A program made the position numbers and the translations under genes. Positions 31,545 to 44,400 of a DNA stretch of 64,000 bases are shown here, piece by piece (positions within the stretch are counted from its first letter, which is position 1; every line of letters begins with the position of its first letter). Source of the DNA: Squalus acanthias (taxonomy: Eukaryota); NCBI GenBank assembly GCA_030390025.1, contig JASTWF010000080.1, positions 1-64,000 on the forward strand. Direction: 5' to 3'. The notes beneath the pieces were generated by a model. That model was not told the origin of the DNA and searched no databases. It worked only from the letters and a program-made list of their open reading frames with translations.

Positions 31545-31774
31545 AGAGAGAGACTGAACCAGCCTGGGACACCAGCTCCAGTGTAAAGGGAGGAGACACT
31601 GAGATCCCGGGCTCCCCCCTCACAGTCAACACACTGACACCGGTCCCCCTCCCCTGGGGACCCTTAACACTGGCTCTGCCCCAGACTGGAGTAACACCAC
31701 AAAATCTTACAGTTATCGACCACATTTAATAGAGTGAACATCACACGGGACATCACAGAGCATCTCACCGAGCG

Positions 31775-34510
31775 GGGGAGAGTGAGGGGAGGGAGTAAAA
31801 CTAACAGAGAGTGAGGGGAGGGGGTCAAACTAACAGGGAGTGAGGGGAGGGGGTCAGACTAACAGGGAGTGAGGGGAGGGGGTCAAACTAACAGGGAGTG
31901 AGGGGAGGGGGTCAGACTAACAGGGAGTGAGGGGAGGGGGTCAGACTAACAGGGAGTGAGGGGAGGGGGTCAAACTAACAGGGAGTGAGGGGAGGGGGTC
32001 AGACTAACAGGGAGTGAGGGGAGGGGGTCAAACTAACAGGGAGTGAGGGGAGGGGGTCAGACTAACAGAGTGAGGGGAGGGGGTCAAACTAACAGAGTGA
32101 GGGGAGGGGTCAAACTAACAGAGTGAGGGGAGGGGGTCAAACTAACAGAGAGTGAGGGGAGGGGGTCAAACTAACAGGGAGTGAGGGGAGGGGGTCAAAC
32201 TAACAGGGAGTGAGGGGAGGGGGTCAAACTAACAGAGTGAGGGGAGGGGATCAAACTAACAGGGAGTGAGGGGAGGGGGTCAAACTAACAGAGAGTGAGG
32301 GGAGGGGATCAAACTAACAGAGAGTGAGGGGAGGGGGTCAAACTAACAGAGACTGAGGGGAGGGGATCAAACTAACAGAGAGTGAGGGGAGGGGGTCAAA
32401 CTAACAGGGAGTGAGGAGAGGGGGTCAAACTAACAGGGAGTGAGGGGAGGGGGTCAAACTAACAGAGAGTGAGGGGAGGGGGTCAAACTAACAGGGAGTG
32501 AGGGAAGGGGGTCAAACTAACAGGGAGTGAGGGGAGGGGGTCAAACTAACAGGGAGTGAGGGGAGGGGGTCAAACTAACAGAGAGTGAGGGGAGGGGGTC
32601 AGACTAACAGAGTGAGGGGAGGGGTCAAACTAACAGGGAGTGAGGGGAGGGGGTCAAACTAACAGAGAGTGAGGGGAGGGGGTCAAACTAACAGGGAGTG
32701 AGGGGAGGGGGTCAAACTAACAGGGAGTGAGGGGAGGGGGTCAAACTAACAGAGTGAGGGGAGGGGATCAAACTAACAGGGAGTGAGGGGAGGGGGTCAA
32801 ACTAACAGAGAGGGGAGGGGATCAAACTAACAGAGAGTGAGGGGAGGGGGTCAAACTAACAGAGAGTGAGGGGAGGGGATCAAACTAACAGAGAGTGAGG
32901 GGAGGGGATCAAACTAACAGAGAGTGAGGGGAGGGGTCAAACTAACAGAGAGTGAGGGGAGGGGGTCAAACTAACAGGGAGTGAGGGAAGGGGGTCAAAC
33001 TAACAGAGAGTGAGGGGAGGGGTCAAACTAACAGAGAGTGAGGGGAGGGGGTCAAACTAACGGAGAGTGAGGGGAGGGGGTCAAACTAACAGAGTGAGGG
33101 GAGGGGTCAAACTAACAGGGAGTGAGGGGAGGGGATCAAATTAACAGAGAGTGAGGGGGGGGGTCAAACTAACAGAGTGAGGGGAGGGGTCAAACTAACA
33201 GGGAGTGAGGGGAGGGGGTCAAACTAACAGGGAGTGAGGGGAGGGGTCAAACTAACGGAGAGTGAGGGGAGGGGGTCAAACTAACAGGAAGTGAGGGGAG
33301 GGGTCAAACTAACAGGGAGTGATGGAAGGGGGTCAAACTAACAGGGAGTGAGGAGAGGGGGTCAAACTAACAGGGAGTGAGGGGAGGGGGTCAAACTAAC
33401 AGAGAGTGAGGGGAGGGGGTCAAACTAACAGGGAGTGAGGGAAGGGGGTCAAACTAACAGAGAGTGAGGGGAGGGGTCAAACTAACAGAGAGTGAGGGGA
33501 GGGGTCAAACTAACAGGGAGTGAGGGGAGGGGGTCAAACTAACGGAGAGTGAGGGGAGGGGATCAAACTAACAGAGAGTGAGGGGGGGGATCAAACTAAC
33601 AGAGAGTGAGGGGAGGGGGTCAAACTAACAGGGAGTGAGGGGAGGGGGTCAAACTAACAGAGAGTGAGGGGAGGGGGTCAAACTAACAGGGAGTGAGGGG
33701 AGGGGGTCAAACTAACAGAGAGTGAGGGGGGGGATCAAACTAACAGAGAGTGAGGGGAGGGGGTCAAACTAACAGAGAGTGAGGGGAGGGGATCAAACTA
33801 ACAGAGAGTGAGGGGAGGGGGTCAAACTAACAGGGAGTGAGGGAAGGGGGTCAAACTAACAGAGAGTGAGGGGAGGGGGTCAAACTAACAGGGAGTGAGG
33901 GGAGGGGGTCAAACTAACAGAGAGTGAGGGGGGGGTCAAACTAACGGAGAGTGAGGGGAGGGGATCAAACTAACAGGGAGTGAGGGGAGGGGATCAAACT
34001 AACAGAGAGTGAGGGGAGGGGATCAAACTAACAGAGAGTGAGGGGGGGGATCAAACTAACAGAGAGTGAGGGGAGGGGATCAAACTAACAGAGAGTGAGG
34101 GGAGGGGGTCAAACTAACAGGGAGTGAGGGAAGAGGGTCAAACTAACAGAGAGTGAGGGGAGGGGGTCAAACTAACAGGGAGTGAGGGGAGGGGGTCAAA
34201 CTAACAGAGAGTGAGGGGGGGGATCAAACTAACAGAGAGTGAGGGGAGGGGATCAAACTAACAGAGAGTGAGGGGAGGGGGTCAAACTAACAGGGAGTGA
34301 GGGAAGGGGTCAAACTAACAGAGAGTGAGGGGAGGGGGTCAAACTAACAGGGAGTGAGGGGAGGGGGTCAAACTAACAGAGAGTGAGGGGGGGGGGATCA
34401 AACTAACAGAGAGTGAGGGGAGGGGGTCAAACTAACCGGGAGTGAGGGGAGGGGGTCACACTAACAGGGAGTGAGGGGAGGGGATCAAACTAACAGGGAG
34501 GGGAGGGGGT
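31775..34510. repeat. 29-bp G-rich minisatellite, unit B
   Basis: Direct tandem repeat, about 2.7 kb. Confidence 0.95.
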
Positions 34511-37500
34511 TGTAAGATTTCAATTGATCTCAGAGTTCTTGGACAAGACACCAATAGGCAGCAGCCAGTAAGTTTGAGCAATAGATCAGATTTATTAAGC
34601 TTACAGCGTAATCAATACTTAACAACAGGCGATAGTTTTAACGAGTAGCTCGCAGACCTTGGTCTCTGGAACCTCTCGGACACAGATGACGTCGTCTTAA
34701 GTCTGTTGCTTTGTTCTCGCAGTAAGTCTGTGTAAAGTTGTTCTTTGAGTGTCGAGGTTTTAACCCTTTTCTCATCAAAAGTTCGCTCAGCCAGTGTCCA
34801 TAGTCTTTAACAAATCACCTTCTTTCATTGGTTCCAATGGTCAAAATACCATTGTCACTCAGACTAAGGGTAGCTTCTTGCCTTTCCAGTATTTATCCTG
34901 CAACTTTACCCTGTTCATCGTTATCTTGTTTATAGTTCTTCACCCCATTGGAATTCATCTTATCTCTCTTATTCTAGGTTCCCTGGTACAAGCAGTGTTA
35001 AAAAAACTCTAATTAAGCTTAGCATTATAATACGTTATTTACCAATTTAACCTTCACTCGCAGCCTGTGGCTGTTTGTTACCAGAGCTGAGTAAAAACTG
35101 CTTTTGACTGTCTCCGCGGCTATATTCAAACAGTCTTTAACGTTTCCATACCCACAGGGAATTATGGGTAAGATTAGTTGGTCAATGGCTACCTTTGAAT
35201 TTATACATATGAGATTTCTCTAAATACCAGTCTTTCGTACAGTCCCCACCTCGAGGATGAAATGTTTCAAACATTGATTCCTCGACTATTTCAATCTATT
35301 CTCTGACAAGCGTTGTTGCAAATTGGAGTCCTGTAATTGAGGGGAACGGAGCGCTTCTCAAAGGAGGCTTTATCCCCCTTGTCATTATAGGTCTGGGTTC
35401 TAACTATGACATTCCCAGGGGCCGACCCTTTACTATTGTCATGGCTGAGGGACACCCCGGGGTCTCCCTAACCATCATGTCGGCCGTGCTGATATTCCTT
35501 TCCTTCCAGTGCGTCCCAGTCTATCATTTCTCCTCCGCCCGCTGCTCCTACTGCTGAATCATACGATCTGGCAGTGGTGACCCTGATCTGACCCCGCCTG
35601 GGTCTCCTCTACATTGCTTCGGATCTTCTCTTTCGGTCTGCTTAATTAACTTGTTGGTGCTGCTTAGTCATAGGCATGAGTACACAATTGGCTTATCCAT
35701 CGAAGTCTTACTACACGGGTTACATATATCAAATACACTATCATTACAAGTTGGACAACTAACTGAGCGTGTGAATTAATTCGAACCTAAGGGCGTGCTG
35801 ATATATCAAGCCCAATATCCCACCAGTGTGAGTTTCCCCTTTGCTGTTAATTTCAATATCTATTCTCGAGTTGTCTTGCTCCAAAACATCAAAATGCTTC
35901 AGGGAGGAGTTCAGTCACATCATGAGCTCACTGAAACCCTCAGACAACAGGTGAATGTAGTATCCGAATTGTGCCACATAATTGTGCAGCTCATACTTAA
36001 GTATCTCATTTACTGTCAGTTTCACTTGAGCATAGGTTTTGATATTGAGTAAAACGAGTTGGTTGATGGGACAGGTCCTGTTCGACCCGTAGATCATGGT
36101 AGTTGCGGTAGTAGTGACACAGGAGGCACCACCAAAATCACCTCATTCTGGATTCGTGCTGGTTTTTCCCACGAGCTGTTACCTACAAAACACAATTATT
36201 ACAGTCACAGTTAAATTCAGTCTTACAATCATTTCACGCGACAACTAATCAACAAATCAGATCTCTCTTTTACTCGTATCCATCTTGTGGATAATTCATG
36301 TTAAACATGATTTCTCCTCAGCCCTCAATTGTCCCAATCCAAATTTCATGTAACTCTCCACTTCAACTATGATTTCATTCCCTCTAACAGGTACCAGTGT
36401 GTTTAACTCTATTCTGATTGTTTCATTAGTTAGATAGTTTCTCGATGGAGTATGCGTCAATGCTTTAAAAGTTGTCTCACTCTCCTGAGCCACATTAACC
36501 ATTTCATGTCGTGCTGTTGTCAAGTAACTGAGAATGTCTGAGACCCGTTCTTCAGTGCAGATTCACCATACATTTCCGGATGGTAATTGCTCCATACGCA
36601 CAAATCACATTTGCACACTCGTACCGGTATCTCAATATCATGCCAAACGTGCCATCCGATACAAGCCATTCCCGGGCTTTCAGATGATCCTATCAAAAGA
36701 CTGTAGTTGTCTGGAGATCTTTGCTCATCTTCCTCTGCATGGTCCCGATGTCTTGGGTAGTGGCCAGACTATCAATTCAGTTTTCTTAAAAAGTACATAG
36801 GCAAGACACAAATGTCTGCAAGAGAAAGCTGTCAATTTACTATTTGTAACTACACTTTCCTGACTTTCACTAGAAAGTTAGGAAAATTCCCATTTGATGG
36901 TGTAATTCTCCTGTTTCTATCTTACATAGAAACATAGAAAATAGGTGCAGGAGTAGACCATTCGGTCCTTCGAGCCTGCACCGCCATTCAATGCGTTCAT
37001 GGCTGAACATGCTACCTCAGTACCCCATTCCTGCTTTCTCGCCATACCCCTTGATCCCCCTAGTTGTGAGTATTATATCTAACTCCCTTTTGAATATATT
37101 TAGCGAACTGGCCTCAACAACCTTCTGTGGAAGAGAATTCCACAGATTCACCACTCTCTGGGTGAAGAAGTTCCTCCTCATCTCAGTCTTAAATGGCTTC
37201 CCCTTTATCCTTAGACTGTGACCCCTGGTTTTAGTTTCCCCTAACATTGGAAACATTCTGCCCGCATCTAATTTGTCTAAGCCAGTCAGGATTTTAAACG
37301 TCTCTATAAGATCCCCCCTCATTCTTCTGAACTCCAGAGGATACAAGTTCAGTTGATCCAGTCTTTCTTGATATGTCAGTCTGGCCATCCCAGGAATCAA
37401 TCTAGTGAACCTTCGTTGCACTCCCTCAATAGCAAGAATGTCCTTCCTCAAGTTAGGAGACCAAAACTGCACACAATACTCCAGGTGTGGCCTCACCAAG

Positions 37501-40500
37501 GCCCTGTACAACTGTAGCATCACCTCCCTACTCCTGTACTCAAATCCCCTTGCTATGAAGGCCATCATGCCATTTACTTTCTTGACTGCCTGCTGCACTT
37601 GCCTTCCCACCTTCAGTGACTGATGTACCATGACGCCCAGGTCTCGTTGCACCTCCCCTTTCCCTAATCTGCCACCATTCAGGTAATAGTCTGCCTCCCT
37701 ATTTTTACCACCAAAGTGGATAACCTCACATTTATCCACATTGTACTTCATCTGCCATACATTTGCCCATTCACCCAACCTGTCCAAGTCACTCTGTAGC
37801 CTCCTAGCATCCTCCTCATTGTTCACACTGCCTCCCAATTTAGTGTCATCCGCAAATTTGGAGATATTACAATTAATCCCTTCGTCCAAATCATTAATAT
37901 ATAATGTAAACAGCTGGGGTCCCAGCACCGAACCCTGCGGTACCCCGCTGGTCACTGCCTGCCATTCTGAAAAGTACCCATTTACTCCTACTCTTTGTTT
38001 CCTGTGTGCCAACCAGTTCTCAATCCACGTCAACACATTACCTCCAATCCCATGTGCTTTAACTTTGCACACCAATCTCTTTTGTGGGACCTTGTCGAAG
38101 GCCTTCTGAAAGTCCAAATACACCACATCTACTGGTTCCCCCCCGTCCACCCTATTGGAAACATCCTCAAAAAATTCCAGAAGATTTGTCAAGCATGATT
38201 TCCCTATCACAAATCCATGCTGACTTGGACCTATCATGTCGCCACTTTCCAAATGGTCTGTTATGACATCTTTAATAATTGATTCCATCATTTTACCCAA
38301 CACCGATGTCAGGCTGACCGGTCTATAATTCCCTGCTTTCTCCCTCCCTCCTTTTTAAAAAAGAGGGGTTACATTAGCCACCCTCCACTCCTTCGGAACT
38401 GCTCCAGAGTCTAAGGAATGTTGGAAAATGATCGTCAATGCATCCACTATTTCCAAGGCCACCTCCTTAAGTACTCTGGGATGCAGACCATCAGGCCCTG
38501 GGGATTTATCAGCCTTCACCCTCAATCACTTCCTCTCTCCATTTTACACATCCCATTAATTACCATTCATATCTCATTCATGAGCCTTGGAGGAACTTTA
38601 CTGTCCAGTACAATATTTAAGATTGAAAACATAGATCAAACATTCTCACTTGGTCCAAGCTATTAACACTTTTTATTGATCATTATTTTAGAGGATCTTT
38701 TATTTTCCCAAAAGTAACCCAATATATAGTGCCTGAGTCCATTTTGTCATTTCAAAATTATCCCAAAATCCAAACAGCAGTACTGTTAAACTGAAAGGTT
38801 TTGTCAATGTTCAATTTCATTTCTATCAATTTATCTTCCATTTCTAATTTCAGAAACAAATGATTTCCAGGCTAGGTGGTTTACACAGTGTTTTAACATT
38901 TGAGACAGAAGTGCTGCAATAAGTTTACAAGGTAACTTCCATATAACAAAAGAAAGCAGAGAATCCATTGTGGCTCTGCTTAAGAGCCCAAGGGGTTAAT
39001 TTATCAAATCATAATTTTCCTTCTGTCACTCTGGGGAAATATTAACTTAAAATTAAGAAACTTAAATTTAATAATGTCCAATATCTTTAAATTTCATTCA
39101 GCAATACTAAAGTTGTTGCTCGGTGAACTTAAACAGCTGTCAGTGGAAAGGGTTAACTCCTTTGCAGGTTTTTAAGAAGGCGGAGCGAAATTTTGTTAGG
39201 CGCACGCAATTGCGTCACTTCACGTAAATTAAAAAAATCTTTCTCGATCGAAAAAGACAGTTGTATTTTCACACTTTAGCTAAACACAAACAGAACAGAT
39301 AAAACAAAACAAAATAGCACATGCTTGCAGGAAACAGTAAATTATGTCATATTTCTTATTGTCCTTTCTTCAGATGCCTTTCCAAATAACTGTAAAAACA
39401 TTGAATACAACTGGAGAAAAATTCGTTTTTCACATTTAAACAAATCAAATCAAACTGCTTTGGAAGATTTCACCATAGCAACCACGATTCCAAGGTTAAA
39501 TCTTAGACGGAAACTTAATCTTTTGTTAAACAAACTTTTTGTTTTTCTCAGTTTTTCCACACCACCTTAAATTAAATTGTAATTCAAGGTTTTCTTTCCA
39601 ATTCTTGGGGCACAGTCTTATTCGCACATTCTTAAAACTTCCAAAATCCAAGACAACACAAAAGGGTTAAATGCTTTTAACACAGAGATGTGGGTGGAGC
39701 TAAAACACACATAATAGACACTTTTTGTTTTAAAGACAAACTTTCAGACAAAAGGAATACTGTTACTACTTAAACATTGTCAGGAAAACTTTCACACTTT
39801 AACACACACTTCCACACAAACTGAAATTCCAGCATTTTTTTAAGGTTCCTTTCACTCAGCAAATCTTGTGTTTTATTTGTTTCAGCACAGACGTTAATAA
39901 CTTCCATGTCAGTGAAACTTTAAGTTTCTCTTTTTATTTCTTTTTTTAAATCGACGTCTCAGCAGCTTTTCCTGGCTTTCCAAATCCCTGTTTTTTTCCC
40001 TTTGCTGAATTTTCAGATTGGTTAGCCTGCAATTTAGATTTTTTTCCTTCTCTATCTCCCCACTCTCTCTCCTGCACTTTATGCTTCACCTCCTTCAGGC
40101 TATCTATCAACTGTTCCTGGTAATATGCCAACGCCATTGTATTTCTGGTTTTACTTTTTAACACGCTCTTTCCCGCTCCCTTCTTTCAGAGAGAAAAATA
40201 CTCAGTCTAAGCAACGATCACGTGCATTTGACCAAGTCCCTCTGGTCCCCACAACCAGAACCTTACAACGCCCAACTCTGTGATCCCACTTCTGACACCA
40301 CTGTAAGATTTGGATCACAGGTCACACACAGATTACCCAAAGGTTCTTAGGAGTTGTAAGGCTTTTTATTAAAGAGCTACAGTTTAAAGCATAATCAGAT
40401 ATTACTACATGTGATTGAAATAGATACAGTAGACACACAACCCGTGACAGATGAGGGCGATCTACGGCCCTAGAATGGAACGAAACAACCGGACAGACGG

Positions 40501-41045
40501 GGAGGCAGTACGGTGGTCTCGGATTGGGTGGATTCCTGCAGTCTGCTGCAGCGGTCACTTCCGTTGGGTCATCCCTCGAGCTGTAGGAGGTGTTAGGCTG
40601 CAGCCACCTTGGGGAAGCCTTCGCCCCTAACTGCCTGATTTCCCCTCTCGGTCGTCTATATTTATAGTTATTTCAGTGGGCTGGTGATTACCTGGTGTCA
40701 ATCATTTGTTCCCCATCCCATTGTCCAATTACAAGGGAGAGGTTACCTCTGACAGCCCCCTCCCAGTGTCATGAGGTAATTTTCCTCCTTATCTCTGTTC
40801 TAAAGGTCTTGTTGGCCTCTTGTAGATAGCTTGTTTATCCCACAGCTCCTTGCTGTATCTCGTATCAGGCCTAGTTTTGCCCACTCGAAGGCCTATTTTA
40901 GTGTTCTGACCTCGTAATTCAGCTCTCTGTGTACAGCTATTTTTCTGACATGACTGGAATCTTTCTGTGTCATCAACTTAGGCAAACTGCTGATCGAGGG
41001 AACCCGTAACAGACTATTATTTCTTTCAATCCATGATTTCTTACA
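34511..41045 (-). mobile_element. LTR retroelement remnant with dissimilar LTRs, copy B
   Basis: 3' LTR 34511-35241, PBS 40283-40300, 5' LTR 40302-41045; colinear with 6834-12520. Confidence 0.8.
36924..38516 (-). mobile_element. 5'-truncated CR1 LINE with open 428-aa RT frame, inside ERV copy B
   Basis: ORF 37017-38303 (SCLTNLLEFFE, DFQKAFDKV, FADDTKL); ACATAGAA tail; absent from copy A near 9993. Confidence 0.93.
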
Positions 41046-41330
41046 AGTGTCTGGGAGGGTGAGACGGGGTCAGGAGGGGGAGTGAGATTAGTCTGACAGG
41101 GTTTAACAGTGTCTGGGATGGTGAGTCGGGGTGAGGAGGGGAGTGAGATTAGTCTGACAGGGTTTAACAGTGTCTGGGAGGGTGAGACGGGGTCAGGAGG
41201 GGAGTGAGATTAGTCTGACAGGGTTTAACAGTGTCTGGGAGGGTGAGACGGGGTCAGGAGGGGAGTGAGATTAGTCTGACAGGGTTTAGCAGTGTCTGGG
41301 AGAGTGAGACGGGCTTAGGAGGGGAGTGAA
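41046..41330. repeat. 61-bp minisatellite, uninterrupted (empty foamy-virus site)
   Basis: Direct tandem repeat with no LTR inside. Confidence 0.9.
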
Positions 41331-41382
41331 AAAGTCACAAATACGTCAACAGGGGGAAAGAATCGAAACTTCACTTACTGAA

Positions 41383-41414
41383 TCACAAAGGAGCCGGCAC
41401 AGAGACATCAGAAG
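41383..41414 (-). CDS. MHC I copy 2 candidate cytoplasmic exon (ASDVSVPAPL*)
   Basis: Strong acceptor tgttttattttctcag, in frame with the phase-1 TM exon, TGA, then GTAAGT donor 4 nt later. Confidence 0.55.
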
Positions 41415-44400
41415 CTGAGAAAATAAAACAGAATGTGAGAAATGGGAATAAAATATATAAATAGAGAATGTGAGATATTCTACATCACTGACTGGGCCCA
41501 GGAGCCAATCACCTCCCAGCAATAACTAAACAGACTCACAAATGATAAATGTGCACAGAGACAAGGGACTGGAGGGCGAGGGACTGGAGAGCGAGGGACT
41601 GGAGGACGAGGGACTGGAGGGTGAGGGACAGGAGAGCGAGGGACTGGAGGGGGAGGGACTGGAGGGGGAGGGACTGGAGGGCGAGGGGCTGGAGGGCGAG
41701 TGGCTGGAGGGCGAGGGGCTGGAGGGCGAGGGGCTGAACGGCGAGGGGCTGAACGGCGAGGGACTGGAGAGCGAGGGACTGGAGAGCGAAGGGCTGGAGG
41801 GCGAGGGGCTGGAGGGCGAGGGACTGGAGTTCGAGGGACTGGATGGCGAGGGACTGGAGGGCGAGGGACTGGCGGGCGAGGGATTGGAGTTTGAGGGACT
41901 GGAGTTTAAGGGACTGGAGGGCGCGGGATTGGTGTGAGTAACGCAGAGTGTAATAAATGTCAGTTGGAATGGGGATAACCCATTATTAGAGTGTGAGCAC
42001 ACACCCAGTGTGAGGATCGGAGAGTGTGTACTCACTCTGTCCCTCAGTTCTACATTCCTCTCTCTCACTCTCTCCTCTCAGTGCCCTGTGCTCCCAGTAC
42101 TGGAGATTCCCCACACTCACTCTGTCCCTCAGTTCTACATTCCTCTCTCTCACTCTCTCCTCTCAGTGCCCTGTGCTCCCAGTACTGGAGATTCCCCACA
42201 CTCACTCTGTCCCTCAGTTCTACATTCCTCTCTCTCACTCTCCCCTCTCAGTGCCCTGTGCTCCCAGTACTGGAGATTCCCCACACTCACTCTGTCCCTC
42301 AGTTATACATTCCCCTCTCTCTGATTCTTACCTCTCCGTTGTTTTATCCAGATGAATATTCCAATTATCCCGATTATAACCAGTGCAGCGACTGATCCAA
42401 TTATAATTCCAGGATAGGAGCGTGCACCACTGTTTTCCGGTATTTCTGAAACACATTTGAATAATATCAAGGTAGTCTTTCTTTTCCCGGATCCATTCCC
42501 AGTTCGGTGTCAACGGAGGGACAATTTTAACCTCACCCGCCCGTCGGGAATCTGAGGGATCGGGTCCAACGCTGGTTTTACTCTCGCCTGATCTCACTCT
42601 CCATTGGAGTCAATAAAGAGTCTCATTGATGGTGGTGTTGGACCGGCGTTGCCCCGATCCCCGGGTTACCTGCCCGGCGAGCTCGGTTCAATTTACCCCC
42701 CATGTCTCTGTGTCCTGTCCTGGGTCCATCCCCAGGGTCACATTGTACGCCCCAGGAGTCAGCATCACTGATGGATTTCACATCAAACTTCAAAGGGATG
42801 GGGAATAAATTGACTGCAGTAAACTGGGCTGAGCTGGTAATGAGTAAAGCTACAGATAAACAGTGGGGACGCTTCAAAAGAAGTACCGGGTACAATCCAA
42901 CACCAGGACTTTCCCCGACAACGCAAAGACTCCACTTCTGTAGTTAGGCAACCATGGTCGACAAATGAAAGAAGTGAGAGTATCCAGGTAAAGGGAAAGG
43001 CTGACACAGTGACCAGAGATTGAGATACAGAGCACTTAGACAAGTATCGGCTGATCAGAGAGTCAGCATGGATTTGTGAAGGGTAGGTCCTGTCTGACGA
43101 ATCTAATTGAATTTCATGAGGAGGTCACTAACATGGTGGATAAGGCAGTGTCGGTGGATGTTGTGTATATGGACTTCCAGAAGGCATTTGATAAGGTTCC
43201 TCACGAGAGATTATTAGCAGAAATAAAAGCTTACAGAATTGGAGCTAATCTTGTGACACGGGTTGAAAATTGGTTGGGAGGAAGGAGTCAGAGAATCGGG
43301 ATAAAGGGAATGTGCTCCGATTGGCAGGATGTTCCGAGTGGTGTTCCCCAGGGATCTGTACTGAGGCCTCAGCTTTTCACCATATATATCAATGATTTGG
43401 ATGAAGTTTCACATTCTCACCACTCTCTGGGTAAAGAAGTTTCTTCTGAATTCCCTATTGGATTTCTTGGTGACTATCTTATATTGATGGCCTCTATGCT
43501 CTTCCCCACAAGTGGAAACATTCTCTCTGTATCCACTCAATCAAATCCGGTCATAATTTTATAGACTCTATTAGGTCACCCCTCAGCCTTCTTTTTTCAA
43601 GTGAAAAGAGACCCAGCTTGTTCATCTTTTCCTGATATGTATAGCCTCGCATTTCTGGTATCATCCTTGTAAATCTTCTCTGCACCCTCTCCAGGCCTCT
43701 ATATCCTTTTTATAATATGGCGACCAGAACTGTACGCAGTACTCCAAGTGTGGTCTAACCAAGGATTGATGAAGGTTTAGCATAACTTCACTACTTTTCC
43801 ATTCTATCCCTCTAGAAATAAACCCTAGCGCTTGATTTGCTTTTTTTATGGCCTTGTTACCTGTGGCGCAACTTTTAGTGATTTGTGTATTTGTACTCCA
43901 AGATCCCTTTGTTCCTCTAACCCACCTCTGGCGTACTACATTCAGTTCTGGGCACCAAACCTCACGTAAGATATATTGGCCTTGGAGGGGGTACAGAGCA
44001 GATTCACCAGAATGATACCAGCTCAGAGGGTTACATTTTGAGGACAAAGTTGGCTTGTATTGCGCTGAGCGTAGAAGGATGAAGGGTGATCACATTGAGG
44101 TGTTTAAAATGATAAAGGGATTGGATAGGGTAGATACAGAGAAACTATTTTCACTGGTGGTGAATCCGGAACAAAAGAGCATAATCTTAAAATTAGAGCC
44201 AGGACATTTAGGAGTGAAATCAGAAAGCACTTCTTCACACAAAGGGCAGTGGAAATCTGGAACTCTCTCCCCCAAAAGTCTGTGGGTTCAACTGAAATTT
44301 TTATGACTGAGATCGAGTGATTTTTGTTGGGTAAGGGTATCAAGGGATGTAGAGCAATGACGGGTAAATGGAGTTGAGGTACTGAACAGTCATGATCTCA

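Noticed and set aside
37017-38303. Long intact RT ORFs (also 59237-60763) as host or domesticated genes
   Set aside because: 5'-truncated CR1 copies with tails, polymorphic between units; openness reflects young age
41526-42068. Ser/Pro-rich 180-aa or EGEGL-repeat ORF as an extended cytoplasmic tail
   Set aside because: 15-bp tandem repeat open in several frames, absent from copy 1, with no convincing in-frame acceptor; a better-defined exon lies at 41414
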